DNA of 64,000 nucleotides from positions 27,919-91,918 of the IMG/VR virus record IMGVR_UViG_3300048502_000142; one strand, given 5' to 3'. The position numbers were made by a program, and so were the translations under genes. Under the pieces are notes generated by a model. The model saw only the letters and a program-made list of their open reading frames with translations, was not told where the DNA came from and did no database searches. Position 1 is the first letter of the stretch; each line of letters starts with the position of its first letter. Positions 9,138 to 17,958 of this stretch are shown here, one piece after another. The stretch is from a virus (Duplodnaviria > Caudoviricetes).

Positions 9138-10118
9138 CTACTGCCCCACCGCGCAGGACTCGCCGGGCTTGAGGGAACCCCCTTGAACGCAGAGTTCGGG
9201 CTGGGCCGGAGGGAGCGGCGAGACGGGACGGCTCCGGTCGGCCAGGACGATCCCGACCGGCGCGCGCCCGGCGCTCTCGTAGCACCTCACGGCGTCGAGG
9301 TTCCCACGATTGACGGTGGCGACGTCCGCGCCGCTCATCGAGTAGGTGAACCCGGTAATGTAGTCCGGCATCAGCGCCTTGCACTCGGCTAACGTCCCGC
9401 CCCCGCTCGTCTGGACCTGGTAGTCGGACCACGCGACCTCGATCGACCACTTCGACCTGCCCTTGGCGCGGTCGGTGTCTTTGCCGTCGCACGGCAGGTA
9501 CATGAGCCCCGAGAATATACCGCGGTTGAAGGTCCAGCAGGCGGGATCGGCGGGTCCGATGTCCTCGTTGTCGTAGTCGTCCCTGTCCCAGTCGAAGTTC
9601 GACCAGCACAGGCGCCCCGGCGCGCAGGTCTGCCCGCGGGCGAGGGCTCCGTCCCTCCGGACGTAGGGCTCGGGTGGCGTCTTGAGATAAGCAGATTTGA
9701 CGGCGCGGGCGAACGACGGGAGCTTCGCGACGTCGTCGTGGCCGTAGACCGACCGCGCGGCGAACTCGGCCGGCACGAAGTCGAAGGTGTACTCGTCCTC
9801 GTCGTCGATCACCTCGACGCACTTGCCGGCCACGTGCGTGGCGTCGGCCTCCTGATCGGACGGCAGCGGATCGGGGAAGCAATTCAGCAGCCATGTCCCG
9901 TCCGTCCCCGAGCTGCCGCCGCCGGTCCCCCACCGCTCCATGTGCCTCAGTCGATTCTGGAGATCCTCGGCTCCGATCGCGGGGTCGCCTGCGGCCCTCT
10001 CGGCCGCAGGCTTGGACTGGACGCGATCGGGGAACATCGGGCGGGTGGAGAGGTAGCAGAGACCGCAAGCCAACGCGACCGCGACTATCGCTGCGCCCCA
10101 GGGGTTTCCGTTCGGCAT
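9138..10118 (-). CDS. Membrane-anchored or exported Cys-rich hypothetical protein
   Basis: 326 aa; N-terminal hydrophobic segment WGAAIVAVALACGLCYL; about ten further Cys; genome-typical codon usage. Confidence 0.65.
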   Translation of the reverse strand: MPNGNPWGAAIVAVALACGLCYLSTRPMFPDRVQSKPAAERAAGDPAIGAEDLQNRLRHMERWGTGGGSSGTDGTWLLNCFPDPLPSDQEADATHVAGKCVEVIDDEDEYTFDFVPAEFAARSVYGHDDVAKLPSFARAVKSAYLKTPPEPYVRRDGALARGQTCAPGRLCWSNFDWDRDDYDNEDIGPADPACWTFNRGIFSGLMYLPCDGKDTDRAKGRSKWSIEVAWSDYQVQTSGGGTLAECKALMPDYITGFTYSMSGADVATVNRGNLDAVRCYESAGRAPVGIVLADRSRPVSPLPPAQPELCVQGGSLKPGESCAVGQ

Positions 10119-10147
10119 GGGATCGATCCTCGGACAGAAGGGAGAGA

Positions 10148-11350
10148 CTACGTACGACCGGAGCGCCCGGTGATCGGGTCACGCCCGAGCGGGTCGCCGG
10201 CCGCCATCTCCGCCCGCCACCTGGAGAACGACTTGCTCGTCGGGACGAACACGGAGGCGGTGTAGTCGGCCCACCCCTGCCCGGATATCCAGTCCAGGTA
10301 CTGCCAGAGCAGAGACGTCGACCCCTGCGCGAAGTCCGCAGGGGGTGTGGCCGCCTGCACCATTCGCCCGATCTCCAGCTGCATGGCCGCAAGGCACCGC
10401 GCGAGGTCCGCCTCGGAGGTCGCGCCGCGGACGGACAGCTCCCGCGCCTTCGGCATAATCTCGGCGAGGAAGTGCCTGGCCCGCCTGGACGGATCCCCGA
10501 GCCCGGCAAACGCGTCCTCCAGGACCTCTTGCACAGTCCTCTCCACCGATCCGTCGGCGTGCCCGTTCAGGCGAGCGGGAGGGCTGCGCCTGGCATCGTC
10601 GCGCGGCGCTCGCTCCTCCTCGTCAGCCCAGCCCTCCTGGTTGAGCCACGTCGCCATGTGGCAGGTGAACGTCTTGTCCTGTCCCGCGCGCTCCCGCGCG
10701 TACCGGACGACGCCGGCCGTCACCGTCTCCAGATCGGTCTTCTTCAGCGCCCGCCTGCACGCTATCCGGGCCGCTCCCTTCCCGACGTGCCGCGGGTAGA
10801 TCTGCCACAGCGCCTCGAACTCCGCCAGAAAGGCCACCTCCCTCGCCGAGGGTGCACGCCGGACGAACCCGTAGACCACCGGCACCGGCAGCCGGGGGGA
10901 TGCGCACACCTCGCGGACCTCCCCGTCCAACCCTACGAGGTGGACGGGAATGCCGCGCCGCAGCGCCCGGTGGTACGAACGCCAGGTGCAGCCGACCTCC
11001 TTCGGCTCCTCCGTCGACGGTGCGACGATCAGCTCGTCCACGGCCTTCACCAGGTCGATCGCGCAGGCGGGGTAGTCCCGCGCCGGCAGCCTCCTGGAGT
11101 CAGGCCGGCAGTCCCTGCACCGGCACAGCGGGTAATCGCCGACCCTGGCCGCGATCGTCGGCGGGTGCAGGATCATCGGGATGTGGCACGCAACGCATAT
11201 GTTGTGGAACACCTTGTCTCGGTGCAGGCCGTCCCCGTGGCGGCCTATCCAGCCGCCCCCGGAGTAGCGGGCGCGCACGAACTGCCGCACGGCCTTGACC
11301 TGCGCATCGGACATGCCCCGACTCGTGCCGACGAACCCGAAGTACCTCAT
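10148..11350 (-). CDS. SLOG (DprA/YspA-like) domain fused to a phage replication-initiator C-terminal domain
   Basis: N-terminal FGFVGTSRGMSDAQ...HGD...HPP...LVKAVDELIVAP...GCTW...RRGIPVHLV; then FEALWQIYPRHVGKGAA...HMATWLNQEGWADE. Confidence 0.7.
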   Translation of the reverse strand: MRYFGFVGTSRGMSDAQVKAVRQFVRARYSGGGWIGRHGDGLHRDKVFHNICVACHIPMILHPPTIAARVGDYPLCRCRDCRPDSRRLPARDYPACAIDLVKAVDELIVAPSTEEPKEVGCTWRSYHRALRRGIPVHLVGLDGEVREVCASPRLPVPVVYGFVRRAPSAREVAFLAEFEALWQIYPRHVGKGAARIACRRALKKTDLETVTAGVVRYARERAGQDKTFTCHMATWLNQEGWADEEERAPRDDARRSPPARLNGHADGSVERTVQEVLEDAFAGLGDPSRRARHFLAEIMPKARELSVRGATSEADLARCLAAMQLEIGRMVQAATPPADFAQGSTSLLWQYLDWISGQGWADYTASVFVPTSKSFSRWRAEMAAGDPLGRDPITGRSGRT

Positions 11351-11356
11351 CCCAAG

Positions 11357-11920
11357 TCACCGCCTCCGTCGAAGTCCGCGAGCGCGTCGTGCGTCCACCC
11401 CACCTTGGCGCCGGACCGGCGGACGAACCTGTACGCAGCCAACGCGCCCTCCTACGCTAACCCTGGCCGCGACGGCCAGTCGGTCGACGCGCTCGTTGTG
11501 CGGGTTCCCGCTGTGCCCGCGCACCCATCGCCAGTCCACTTCGTGCCTCCCGCTCACGGCCAGGAGGCGCTCCCACAGCTCCCGGTTCTTCACCAGCCTG
11601 TTGTCCCGCGTCCGCCACTGCCGCTTTACCCACCCGCGGATCCACAGCGTGATCCCGTTCTTCACGTACTGACTGTCGGTGTACAGCGTGACGGCGCAGC
11701 GCCACTTGAGTGCCTCCAAGCCGGCGATAGCACCCATCAGCTCCATCTGGTTGTTCGTCGCGCAGGGGTCGGAGCCGACGACCTCACGCTCCACGAGCCC
11801 GGTCTTATGCTCGTAAAGGAGGAGCGCGGCGAACCCGCCCGCGCCTGGATTGGGTAAACAGGATCCATCCGTGTAGATCCTTACCCGCGGGTGTCGCGGC
11901 AGCCTCTCGCTGTCAGGCAT
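11357..11920 (-). CDS. rnhA: Ribonuclease HI
   Basis: IYTDGSC..NPGAGG, TNNQMEL, TDSQYV, KNRELW, WVRGHSGNPHNERVDRLA; the C-terminal tail may be frameshifted. Confidence 0.95.
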   Translation of the reverse strand: MPDSERLPRHPRVRIYTDGSCLPNPGAGGFAALLLYEHKTGLVEREVVGSDPCATNNQMELMGAIAGLEALKWRCAVTLYTDSQYVKNGITLWIRGWVKRQWRTRDNRLVKNRELWERLLAVSGRHEVDWRWVRGHSGNPHNERVDRLAVAARVSVGGRVGCVQVRPPVRRQGGVDARRARGLRRRR

Positions 11921-12616
11921 CGGAATGGTTCTCGTCCCTCGTCATCTGGGGGCTCCGGGATAGCCTACTATACGTCGGGACGAGATCCGCGTGGAAGGAG
12001 CCTCCGGAAAACGTCCAGACCGCCGCGAAAAGTCAACGCTGCGCGCCCGAATTTTCTTCATGTCTACCTCTCTACGCGTGCGCGTGCCCTCGCGTGCGCA
12101 TATACGCGCGTACGTGTGCGATACTAAAGCCAATACAGGAAGACAAGCGTTGATTTAGAGCTGAGCGGAGACGTATGTCCCCCGTGACCGGGGAAACATG
12201 CGCCTCCAGTGACTTGACAGTTTGACCCGTCGCCTCGCTTTCAACGTCCGAACCAGCACGCTCAAGATTTTTAGATGGGGAGCCCCGGCGGTCATCCTGT
12301 ACCGAGATTGCTGTGCCGAAGTCCCGCCTCGCGGCGACGACGGTTGTCCCGCGCTCCGGAGCCGGTTCGGCGACTGCCGGGCGCGCCCCGCCATCGCGGG
12401 GTCGTTGGTGCCCATCCCACTCTTCGCCGCTCAGGGGCGGCAGGAGGTCGGTCTCCCGGTGTCTGCGGGTGAGGTGTGGCTTGTGGCGTTGAGCCGGGCC
12501 ATGCCGTCCTGTATCCGGCCACCCGACGCGCCTAGGGACGGGCTCCGCTCGGGAGGCCTCCCAGCCACGCTATGCATCGAACGGAAGGACCGCGGGGAGC
12601 TTTCTTCGGTAGACCC

Positions 12617-12645
12617 TTGCCAGCGACGTGAAAGCGGGCTATATA
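12617..12645 (+). promoter_or_regulatory. Sigma70-type promoter reading toward the tRNA
   Basis: TTGCCA-N17-TATATA. Confidence 0.5.
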
Positions 12646-12849
12646 AGGACCCATCAAGAAAGCTTGCGGCGCACTCCTCATTCTCCTCCGGGCCGGTTTC
12701 CAGAAATGGGTTCCGGCCCGAAGTGTTTCTAAGGTACGACGAAACATCGGCCGCGTAAACGGGGTAGATAAACAACCGGGGTCGGATGTAATTCCCCGTC
12801 CAGCGCTAACGGTCTTGCCGCCCTACGCTTCCGGTCGTGTATAGCTCCT

Positions 12850-12923
12850 GCCCGTGTAGCTCAGTTGGAAGAGTGCCTTGCCTGTAACAAGGAGGTCGGC
12901 CGTTCGAATCGGCCCCGCGGGCT
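12850..12923 (+). tRNA. tRNA-Thr(TGT), slightly non-canonical
   Basis: Acceptor GCCCGTG/CGCGGGC, D arm GCTC-AGTTGGAA-GAGT, anticodon arm CCTTG-CCTGTAA-CAAGG, T arm GGCCG-TTCGAAT-CGGCC; no encoded CCA. Confidence 0.85.
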
Positions 12924-12972
12924 CCTACTCCGTGCGTCTCGTGACCCCGTCCCTCCGGACGTATAGTGGTGC

Positions 12973-13581
12973 ATGTCGAACCTATCCAAGCTCAGCAAGA
13001 TCCTCCCGATGCTCGGCTCGTCGTCCGAGGGCGAGATCGTCGCCGCCGTCGCGGCGATCGGCCGAATGCTCGTCGCGGACGGCAAGGACTGGCACTGGCT
13101 CACGACCCGTCTGTCGGGACCGGGCACCCCGCCGGACTCCTTCGGTGACAACAAGCGCGCGGAGCAGGAAAACCGCCGGTTTGCGGACCCAGGTGTCGGT
13201 CCTGTCGAAGGAGAACGCGGCCCTGCGCGACGACCGCAATGAGCCTCCACAGGGTCGTGCGCCGGCTCGACCAGGAGGTCGCGGCGCTAAGGGCGCAGCA
13301 GCACCGCTCCTGGACGCGTCGGGACCCTGGGGATAACCGGTCTGAAGGCGGGGGATAAGTCGGACGGGGAGTCCGCACGTCGCCGCTGGCTCTTCCGCGT
13401 CGGGAAGATGCTGGAGCGCGCCGATGCCAATCCCGACGTTAACGACGACGCGCCGCGCGCCCTGCGCGCGCTCCTCGGGCTGCTGGAATGCGAGGGGTAC
13501 GTGCCGGGGGAGTACGAGCTGCGCATCCTGACCCCGCTGTGGGCAGCCTACGTCGAGGCGCGCACGGCGGAGCGTGCGTGA
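12973..13581 (+). pseudogene. Coiled-coil hypothetical gene broken by about three frameshifts
   Basis: Coherent protein-like text moves across frames: MSNLSKLSKILPMLGSSSEGE...EQENRR / LRTQVSVLSKENAALR / MSLHRVVRRLDQEVAALRAQQ / ARRRWLFRVGKMLERAD...ARTAERA*. Confidence 0.5.
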
Positions 13582-13583
13582 TG

Positions 13584-13638
13584 TTTTGCGGTTTTCCGCA
13601 AAATGTGACTGGACGGAACGTCGGGGCGGCGCTAGGGT
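13584..13638 (+). promoter_or_regulatory. Palindromic operator copy 1 plus promoter
   Basis: TTTTGCGG-TTTT-CCGCAAAA (13584-13603), then TGGACG-N17-TAGGGT. Confidence 0.7.
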
Positions 13639-13669
13639 GCGGGCCATCGAGAGACGGAGAGATCCCGAG

Positions 13670-15658
13670 ATGCCCACGCAGATCAAGGTAGTCGAGACGA
13701 ACGCGCGCTTCGAGGCGCACTTCCAGTTCGACTACGCGACGAAGGCCCTGGTCAAGGCGGCCGGCATGAAGTTCGACCCGGTCGCCAAGGTCTGGTGGAC
13801 GAAGGACGCCGCCATCGCCGCGAAGGTCGCGGACCCCGAACTCGCGAAGAAGCTAAACGAGCAGGCAATTGCGGCGCAGGCCGCGGTGCGCGTTTCGATC
13901 GAGGCTTCGCAGGCGACGAAGGTGGACGTCGAGATCCCGGCGCCCGCCGGCCTCTCCTACCTCCCCTACCAGAAGGCCGGCATCGCCTACGGGCTCGGTC
14001 GGAAGGACGTACTGATCGGCGACGAGCCCGGCCTCGGGAAGACGATACAGGCCGCCGGCATCATTAACGCCGACGAGACGATCCGCAAAGTCGTCATCGT
14101 CTGCCCGGCCTCCCTGAAGCTGAACTGGCGCAACGAGCTGAACAAGTGGCTCGTGCGGCCGATGACGGTCGAGATCGCGAACGGGATCTTCGATCACGGT
14201 GTTGACATCGTGATCGTGAACTACGAGCAGGTGAAGAAATTCCGGGACGCGATCGACATCTTCGCGCCGGACCTCCTCGTCTGCGACGAGGTCCACATGT
14301 GCAAGAACCCGAAGGCGCAGCGCACGCAGGCGATCTTCGGCGAGTGGGACAATAGCGCGAAGGGCTGGAAGGTCCCGCCGATCAAGGCGGGGCGTCGCGT
14401 CTTCCTGACGGGTACGCCGATCGTGAACCGCCCGATCGAGATGTGGACGATCGTCTCCTCGCTCGACCCCGAAGGCCTCGGGAAGTCCTGGTACAACTAC
14501 GCCACCCGCTACTGCAACGCCTTCCGGACCAAGTACGGCTGGGACGTCTCCGGCGCGGCGAATCTCGACGAACTCCAGGCGAAGCTTCGGGCGACGTGCA
14601 TGGTCCGTCGCCTGAAGGCGGACGTCCTAAAGGAGCTGCCGGCGAAGCGTCGGCAGGTGATCGTCCTCCCGGCCGACAGCGCCGAGGCACGCGCCGCGGT
14701 CAAGTGGGAGAACGAGAACTACGGCAGTCAGGCAAGGTCCCTGACGGCGCTGGGGGCGGACGTCGAACTCGCGAAGGCGTCGGACGACCCGGAGGAGTAC
14801 GAGCGCGCCGTCGCCGCTCTGCGTCAGCAGTCGTCGTCCGCGTTCGCGGAGCTGTCCCGGATCCGGCACGCGACGGCCCTAGCGAAGGTTCCGGGCGTCG
14901 TCGAGCACGTCCGCGAGGCGCTGGAGGCCGGCGACAAGATCGTCCTCATGGCGCACCACCTCGACGTCGTGGCCGCGATAGCCGCGGAGTTTCCGGGCTG
15001 CGCCGTCCTGACCGGCGAGACGAAGCTCGCGGACCGGCAGGCCGCGGTCGAGCGGTTTCAAGGTGACCCCGAGTGCCGCCTGTTTATCGGCACGATCGGT
15101 GCGGCCGGCGTCGGCATCACCCTTACGGCGGCGGCCCACGTAATCTTCGCCGAGCTGGACTGGGTCCCGGGGAACATGTCGCAGGCGGAGGACCGCTGCC
15201 ACCGCATCGGGCAGACGAACTACGTCCTCGTGCAGCACCTCGTCCTGGACGGTTCGGTCGACGCGCGGATGGCGACGGTGATCGTCGAGAAGCAGGAAAT
15301 CATCGACCGGGCGCTCGACGGCGGCGGGAAGCTGCCGGAGGCTCAGAACTTCGCCGATCCGATCCCGGCCGCGGCGACGAAGGAGATCACGCGGGAGCAG
15401 ATCGCGCGCGAGGCGATCGAGGACGACGTCACCGAGTTCCGCGACGCGATCCACCTCGGTCTGAAGCGGCTGGCCGGCGTGTGCGACGGGGCGATCGAGC
15501 AGGACGGCGTCGGCTTCAACGGGGTCGACACCCGCATCGGGAAGGCGCTCGCCGCGGTCGTCAAACTCTCGCCGAAGCAGGCGATCCTGGGCCGGAAGAT
15601 CTGCCGTAAATATCACCGTCAGCTCGGTGCCGAGCTGATCGCAGCGATGGGGAAGTAG
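13670..15658 (+). CDS. SNF2/SWI2-family (SMARCAL1/HARP-like) helicase 1
   Basis: YQKAGI, GDEPGLGKT, VCPASLKLNW, DEVH, LTGTPIVNRP, RRLKADVL, GVGITLT, QAEDRCHRIGQ; ATG at 13670 after GGAGA. Confidence 0.93.
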   Translation: MPTQIKVVETNARFEAHFQFDYATKALVKAAGMKFDPVAKVWWTKDAAIAAKVADPELAKKLNEQAIAAQAAVRVSIEASQATKVDVEIPAPAGLSYLPYQKAGIAYGLGRKDVLIGDEPGLGKTIQAAGIINADETIRKVVIVCPASLKLNWRNELNKWLVRPMTVEIANGIFDHGVDIVIVNYEQVKKFRDAIDIFAPDLLVCDEVHMCKNPKAQRTQAIFGEWDNSAKGWKVPPIKAGRRVFLTGTPIVNRPIEMWTIVSSLDPEGLGKSWYNYATRYCNAFRTKYGWDVSGAANLDELQAKLRATCMVRRLKADVLKELPAKRRQVIVLPADSAEARAAVKWENENYGSQARSLTALGADVELAKASDDPEEYERAVAALRQQSSSAFAELSRIRHATALAKVPGVVEHVREALEAGDKIVLMAHHLDVVAAIAAEFPGCAVLTGETKLADRQAAVERFQGDPECRLFIGTIGAAGVGITLTAAAHVIFAELDWVPGNMSQAEDRCHRIGQTNYVLVQHLVLDGSVDARMATVIVEKQEIIDRALDGGGKLPEAQNFADPIPAAATKEITREQIAREAIEDDVTEFRDAIHLGLKRLAGVCDGAIEQDGVGFNGVDTRIGKALAAVVKLSPKQAILGRKICRKYHRQLGAELIAAMGK

Positions 15659-15659
15659 T

Positions 15660-15938
15660 ATGGCCCGGCAGTTTGATTGGAAGCCAGTCGATTACGGGCG
15701 GGGCTTCCGCGCGGAGATGCCGGACGCGATTTCTCTAAATGTCGCTCCCAATCAGACGGTAGCCTTCGGGACGAAACCGGCGCGCGGGACGTCGTGGTGT
15801 GTATCGATCTCCCGGTATGAAGAGGCTACCCGGACGATCTACCGTTTCGGACGGGATACCTATGGGATCGAGCATCGTACGGCAAAAGACGCGATGCGCG
15901 CGGCAGAGCAGGTTTATCTAGAAGAGGTAGGGAAGTAA
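15660..15938 (+). CDS. Hypothetical protein
   Basis: 92 aa ORF abutting the helicase stop. Confidence 0.6.
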   Translation: MARQFDWKPVDYGRGFRAEMPDAISLNVAPNQTVAFGTKPARGTSWCVSISRYEEATRTIYRFGRDTYGIEHRTAKDAMRAAEQVYLEEVGK

Positions 15939-15940
15939 AA

Positions 15941-16171
15941 ATGTCCTGGCGCAAGTACGTCTTCCGCTGCGACCCGCGGCTGCTCGACGTTGCCACGGTC
16001 CTCGCGGCCCGGTACGTCGGCGGCGTCTACGACCACGTCGTGATCGACGGTCGGCAGCGCCTGAAGAGCCGCGACGCCCTCATCGTCAAGGTCTATACCG
16101 GGACGTTCGCGATATGGGGCGACGTGAGCGAGGGCGCTATGACGCCGATCAACGTAAGGCAAATCAAGTAG
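15941..16171 (+). CDS. Hypothetical protein
   Basis: 76 aa, tight operon spacing. Confidence 0.6.
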   Translation: MSWRKYVFRCDPRLLDVATVLAARYVGGVYDHVVIDGRQRLKSRDALIVKVYTGTFAIWGDVSEGAMTPINVRQIK

Positions 16172-16186
16172 ATCGCGGAGGATACG

Positions 16187-16525
16187 ATGGACGACAGGAC
16201 GCTTGAGGCTCTCTACGGCTCGATTAGGAAGTGGGAAGCTATTGTAGCCGGCGAAGGCGTCGACGAGGGTCCGGATAATTGCCCTCTTTGCTTACTCTTC
16301 TATGCGCCGGCACTGTGCCGGCGCTGTCCGGTTTATCAGAAGACGGGAGCTAGCGACTGTGTCGGAACCCCGTACATTGAATGGCATAAATGGGCAGAGC
16401 TACTCGAAACATCGACCGTATTCGCGAGACCCGACGACGCTATGCCCGATCCTTTGGGTGTGCGTCTCGCACAAGCGGAGGTCGACTTCCTGAAGTCCCT
16501 GCTGCCGCCGGAGGCGCCGTCGTGA
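16187..16525 (+). CDS. Cys-rich hypothetical protein
   Basis: GGAGG SD; SIRKWE...CPLC...CRRCPV...C.GTPY. Confidence 0.7.
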   Translation: MDDRTLEALYGSIRKWEAIVAGEGVDEGPDNCPLCLLFYAPALCRRCPVYQKTGASDCVGTPYIEWHKWAELLETSTVFARPDDAMPDPLGVRLAQAEVDFLKSLLPPEAPS

Positions 16526-16874
16526 CGTCGCGAAACCGGAACAACGCGGACGCCGTCGCAACGCGATCGTCGGGGAACTCCGGCGTCGGCGTCGGGAGCT
16601 GTACATCTCGCAGATCGACCTGAACGACCGGCTAGGCCTCTACGCCCACGTGATATGGTCGTAAGAGAACGGCGTGCGGTTTCCGTCACCCTTTAACCTC
16701 GCCTGCTGGCGCGAGGCCCTGGGACTGTCGGCCGCAACATCGACGGAGAGACCGGAAATTTCGACGCCTAGGGGTATCGAGCCGGTCGGGGCTGCGGGAG
16801 AGTGCCCTTCGCGGCGTAACGTGCTGTACGGGCTCCGGAGCGTCCCGCGTGCTAATCGCATCCTAGGAGGATAA
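16522..16874 (+). pseudogene. Disrupted XRE-type HTH gene
   Basis: ELRRRRRELYISQIDLNDRLGLYAHVIWS*ENGVRFPSPFNLACWREALGL with in-frame TAA at 16662-16664; the start is in another frame. Confidence 0.55.
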
Positions 16875-16875
16875 G

Positions 16876-17079
16876 ATGGCGAAGATGGTAGCGATGATCA
16901 CATTTACCGTGGACCCAAGGGCGACGAAGACCGACATCCGCGACTTCATCAAAGACACACTAGAGAGCTTCGGCGGAGCGAAGCATTCGGAGGATCCGCT
17001 GTTCGACTCGCTCGGGCACGTGTCCGTCGGGGTATTGCAGAAGTTTGTGCCGGGGCGGGAGGAACCGAAGGATGACTAA
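16876..17079 (+). CDS. Hypothetical protein
   Basis: AGGAGG SD, 67 aa. Confidence 0.65.
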   Translation: MAKMVAMITFTVDPRATKTDIRDFIKDTLESFGGAKHSEDPLFDSLGHVSVGVLQKFVPGREEPKDD

Positions 17080-17349
17080 CGCGAGTTGGTATCGTTACAT
17101 TCCACTTCTGCGTCCGGCGACGTTCGGCGCGCTCCCATCCGGTGTCAAGTGGGACTACGCCGAGCGACCGACGTCCTTCCCCATGAATCGACCGGATCTT
17201 CCGCTGTCGACGCATCGGTTCGGCGTGATCGTCATCGATCAGAAGCTTCCCGACGATCGGGCAAGGTATTTCGACCTGCGGTACGATGGAGAGGCGATGT
17301 GACACGTGTCCGTCGGGGTATTGCAGGAGTTTGTGCCGGGGTGGGAGGA
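17017..17349 (+). repeat. 47-bp direct repeat pair (17017-17063 and 17303-17349)
   Basis: CACGTGTCCGTCGGGGTATTGCAG(A/G)AGTTTGTGCCGGGG(C/T)GGGAGGA, two mismatches. Confidence 0.92.
17072..17302 (+). CDS. Stand-alone DarA C-terminal-like (polyvalent-protein) domain
   Basis: YRYIPLLRPATFGALPSG...HRFGVIVIDQKLPDDRARYFDL matches the Y.Y....RP...G..P.G / R.G.I..D..L......F.L pattern. Confidence 0.55.
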   Translation: MTNASWYRYIPLLRPATFGALPSGVKWDYAERPTSFPMNRPDLPLSTHRFGVIVIDQKLPDDRARYFDLRYDGEAM

Positions 17350-17355
17350 TGTGTC

Positions 17356-17826
17356 ATGAGCGATGTCTGGACCGCCTGTGACTGCGAGGGCTACCGTCGG
17401 GGGTGCATGTACAATCCCGGCTGGATGACGGTGGGGGAGGCGCAGAAGGCCGTTGAAGCCGGATTCGGCGACAGACTCATGCTCGACTGGTGGGACACCG
17501 ACGGGGGCGGAAGGCTGTACCTGCTGTGTCCCGCCAGCACCGGCAGCCAGGGTAACTTCGCGCCGGAGCAGCCCGAAGACTTCTGGGAGGCGTACTTCTG
17601 GGAGAAGGGGACCCGCGTCCTCTTCGTCGCGGGAAGGTGCGCGATCCACGAGTCTGGCTTCAAACCGTGGGAGTGCCGACACGCACACCACGATCGGACG
17701 ACCTTCCGCGGCCGCGATCACGCCGATTTCGCGGCGCTCGTCGCCGGTTGGGACACGGCGGAGGGCAGCGCGCTCGTCGAGGCCTGGTCGCGGGATCACG
17801 CCGTGTTCGTGCGGGGACGCGAATGA
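17356..17826 (+). CDS. YkgJ-like cysteine-cluster protein
   Basis: CDCEGYRRGC..NPGW ... RCAIHESGFKPWECR. Confidence 0.6.
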   Translation: MSDVWTACDCEGYRRGCMYNPGWMTVGEAQKAVEAGFGDRLMLDWWDTDGGGRLYLLCPASTGSQGNFAPEQPEDFWEAYFWEKGTRVLFVAGRCAIHESGFKPWECRHAHHDRTTFRGRDHADFAALVAGWDTAEGSALVEAWSRDHAVFVRGRE

Positions 17827-17958
17827 CCGTGTCCGACCGCACCGCCGAGGCGATCAACCGGAGCGCTATGACCGTCCGGTTCCTGGGAGGCTTCCGGTAC
17901 GGCGGACACGACCGCATGGCGGTGTGCGCCGATGGCGACCTCGTCTCCTGGTGGTAGT

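Noticed and set aside
9136-10509. N-terminal 458 aa of the 1408-aa helicase ORF
   Set aside because: Arg/Pro-rich shadow translation overlapping two better genes; helicase-like sequence starts near 9135.
9893-11857. 654-aa plus-strand ORF, and similar long ORFs such as 60089-62068, 37642-38883 and 57255-58427
   Set aside because: Antisense shadows of real genes in high-GC DNA with no recognisable motifs.
12850-12926. tRNA as an attachment site or prophage boundary
   Set aside because: No integrase and no duplicated tRNA 3' end in the window; phage genes lie on both sides.
16662-16664. In-frame TAA as evidence of stop-codon reassignment
   Set aside because: Single case; TAA, TAG and TGA all terminate well-defined genes elsewhere.
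17017-17349. Repeat pairs as diversity-generating retroelement TR/VR
   Set aside because: No reverse transcriptase; repeats are short and the two mismatches are not confined to adenines.
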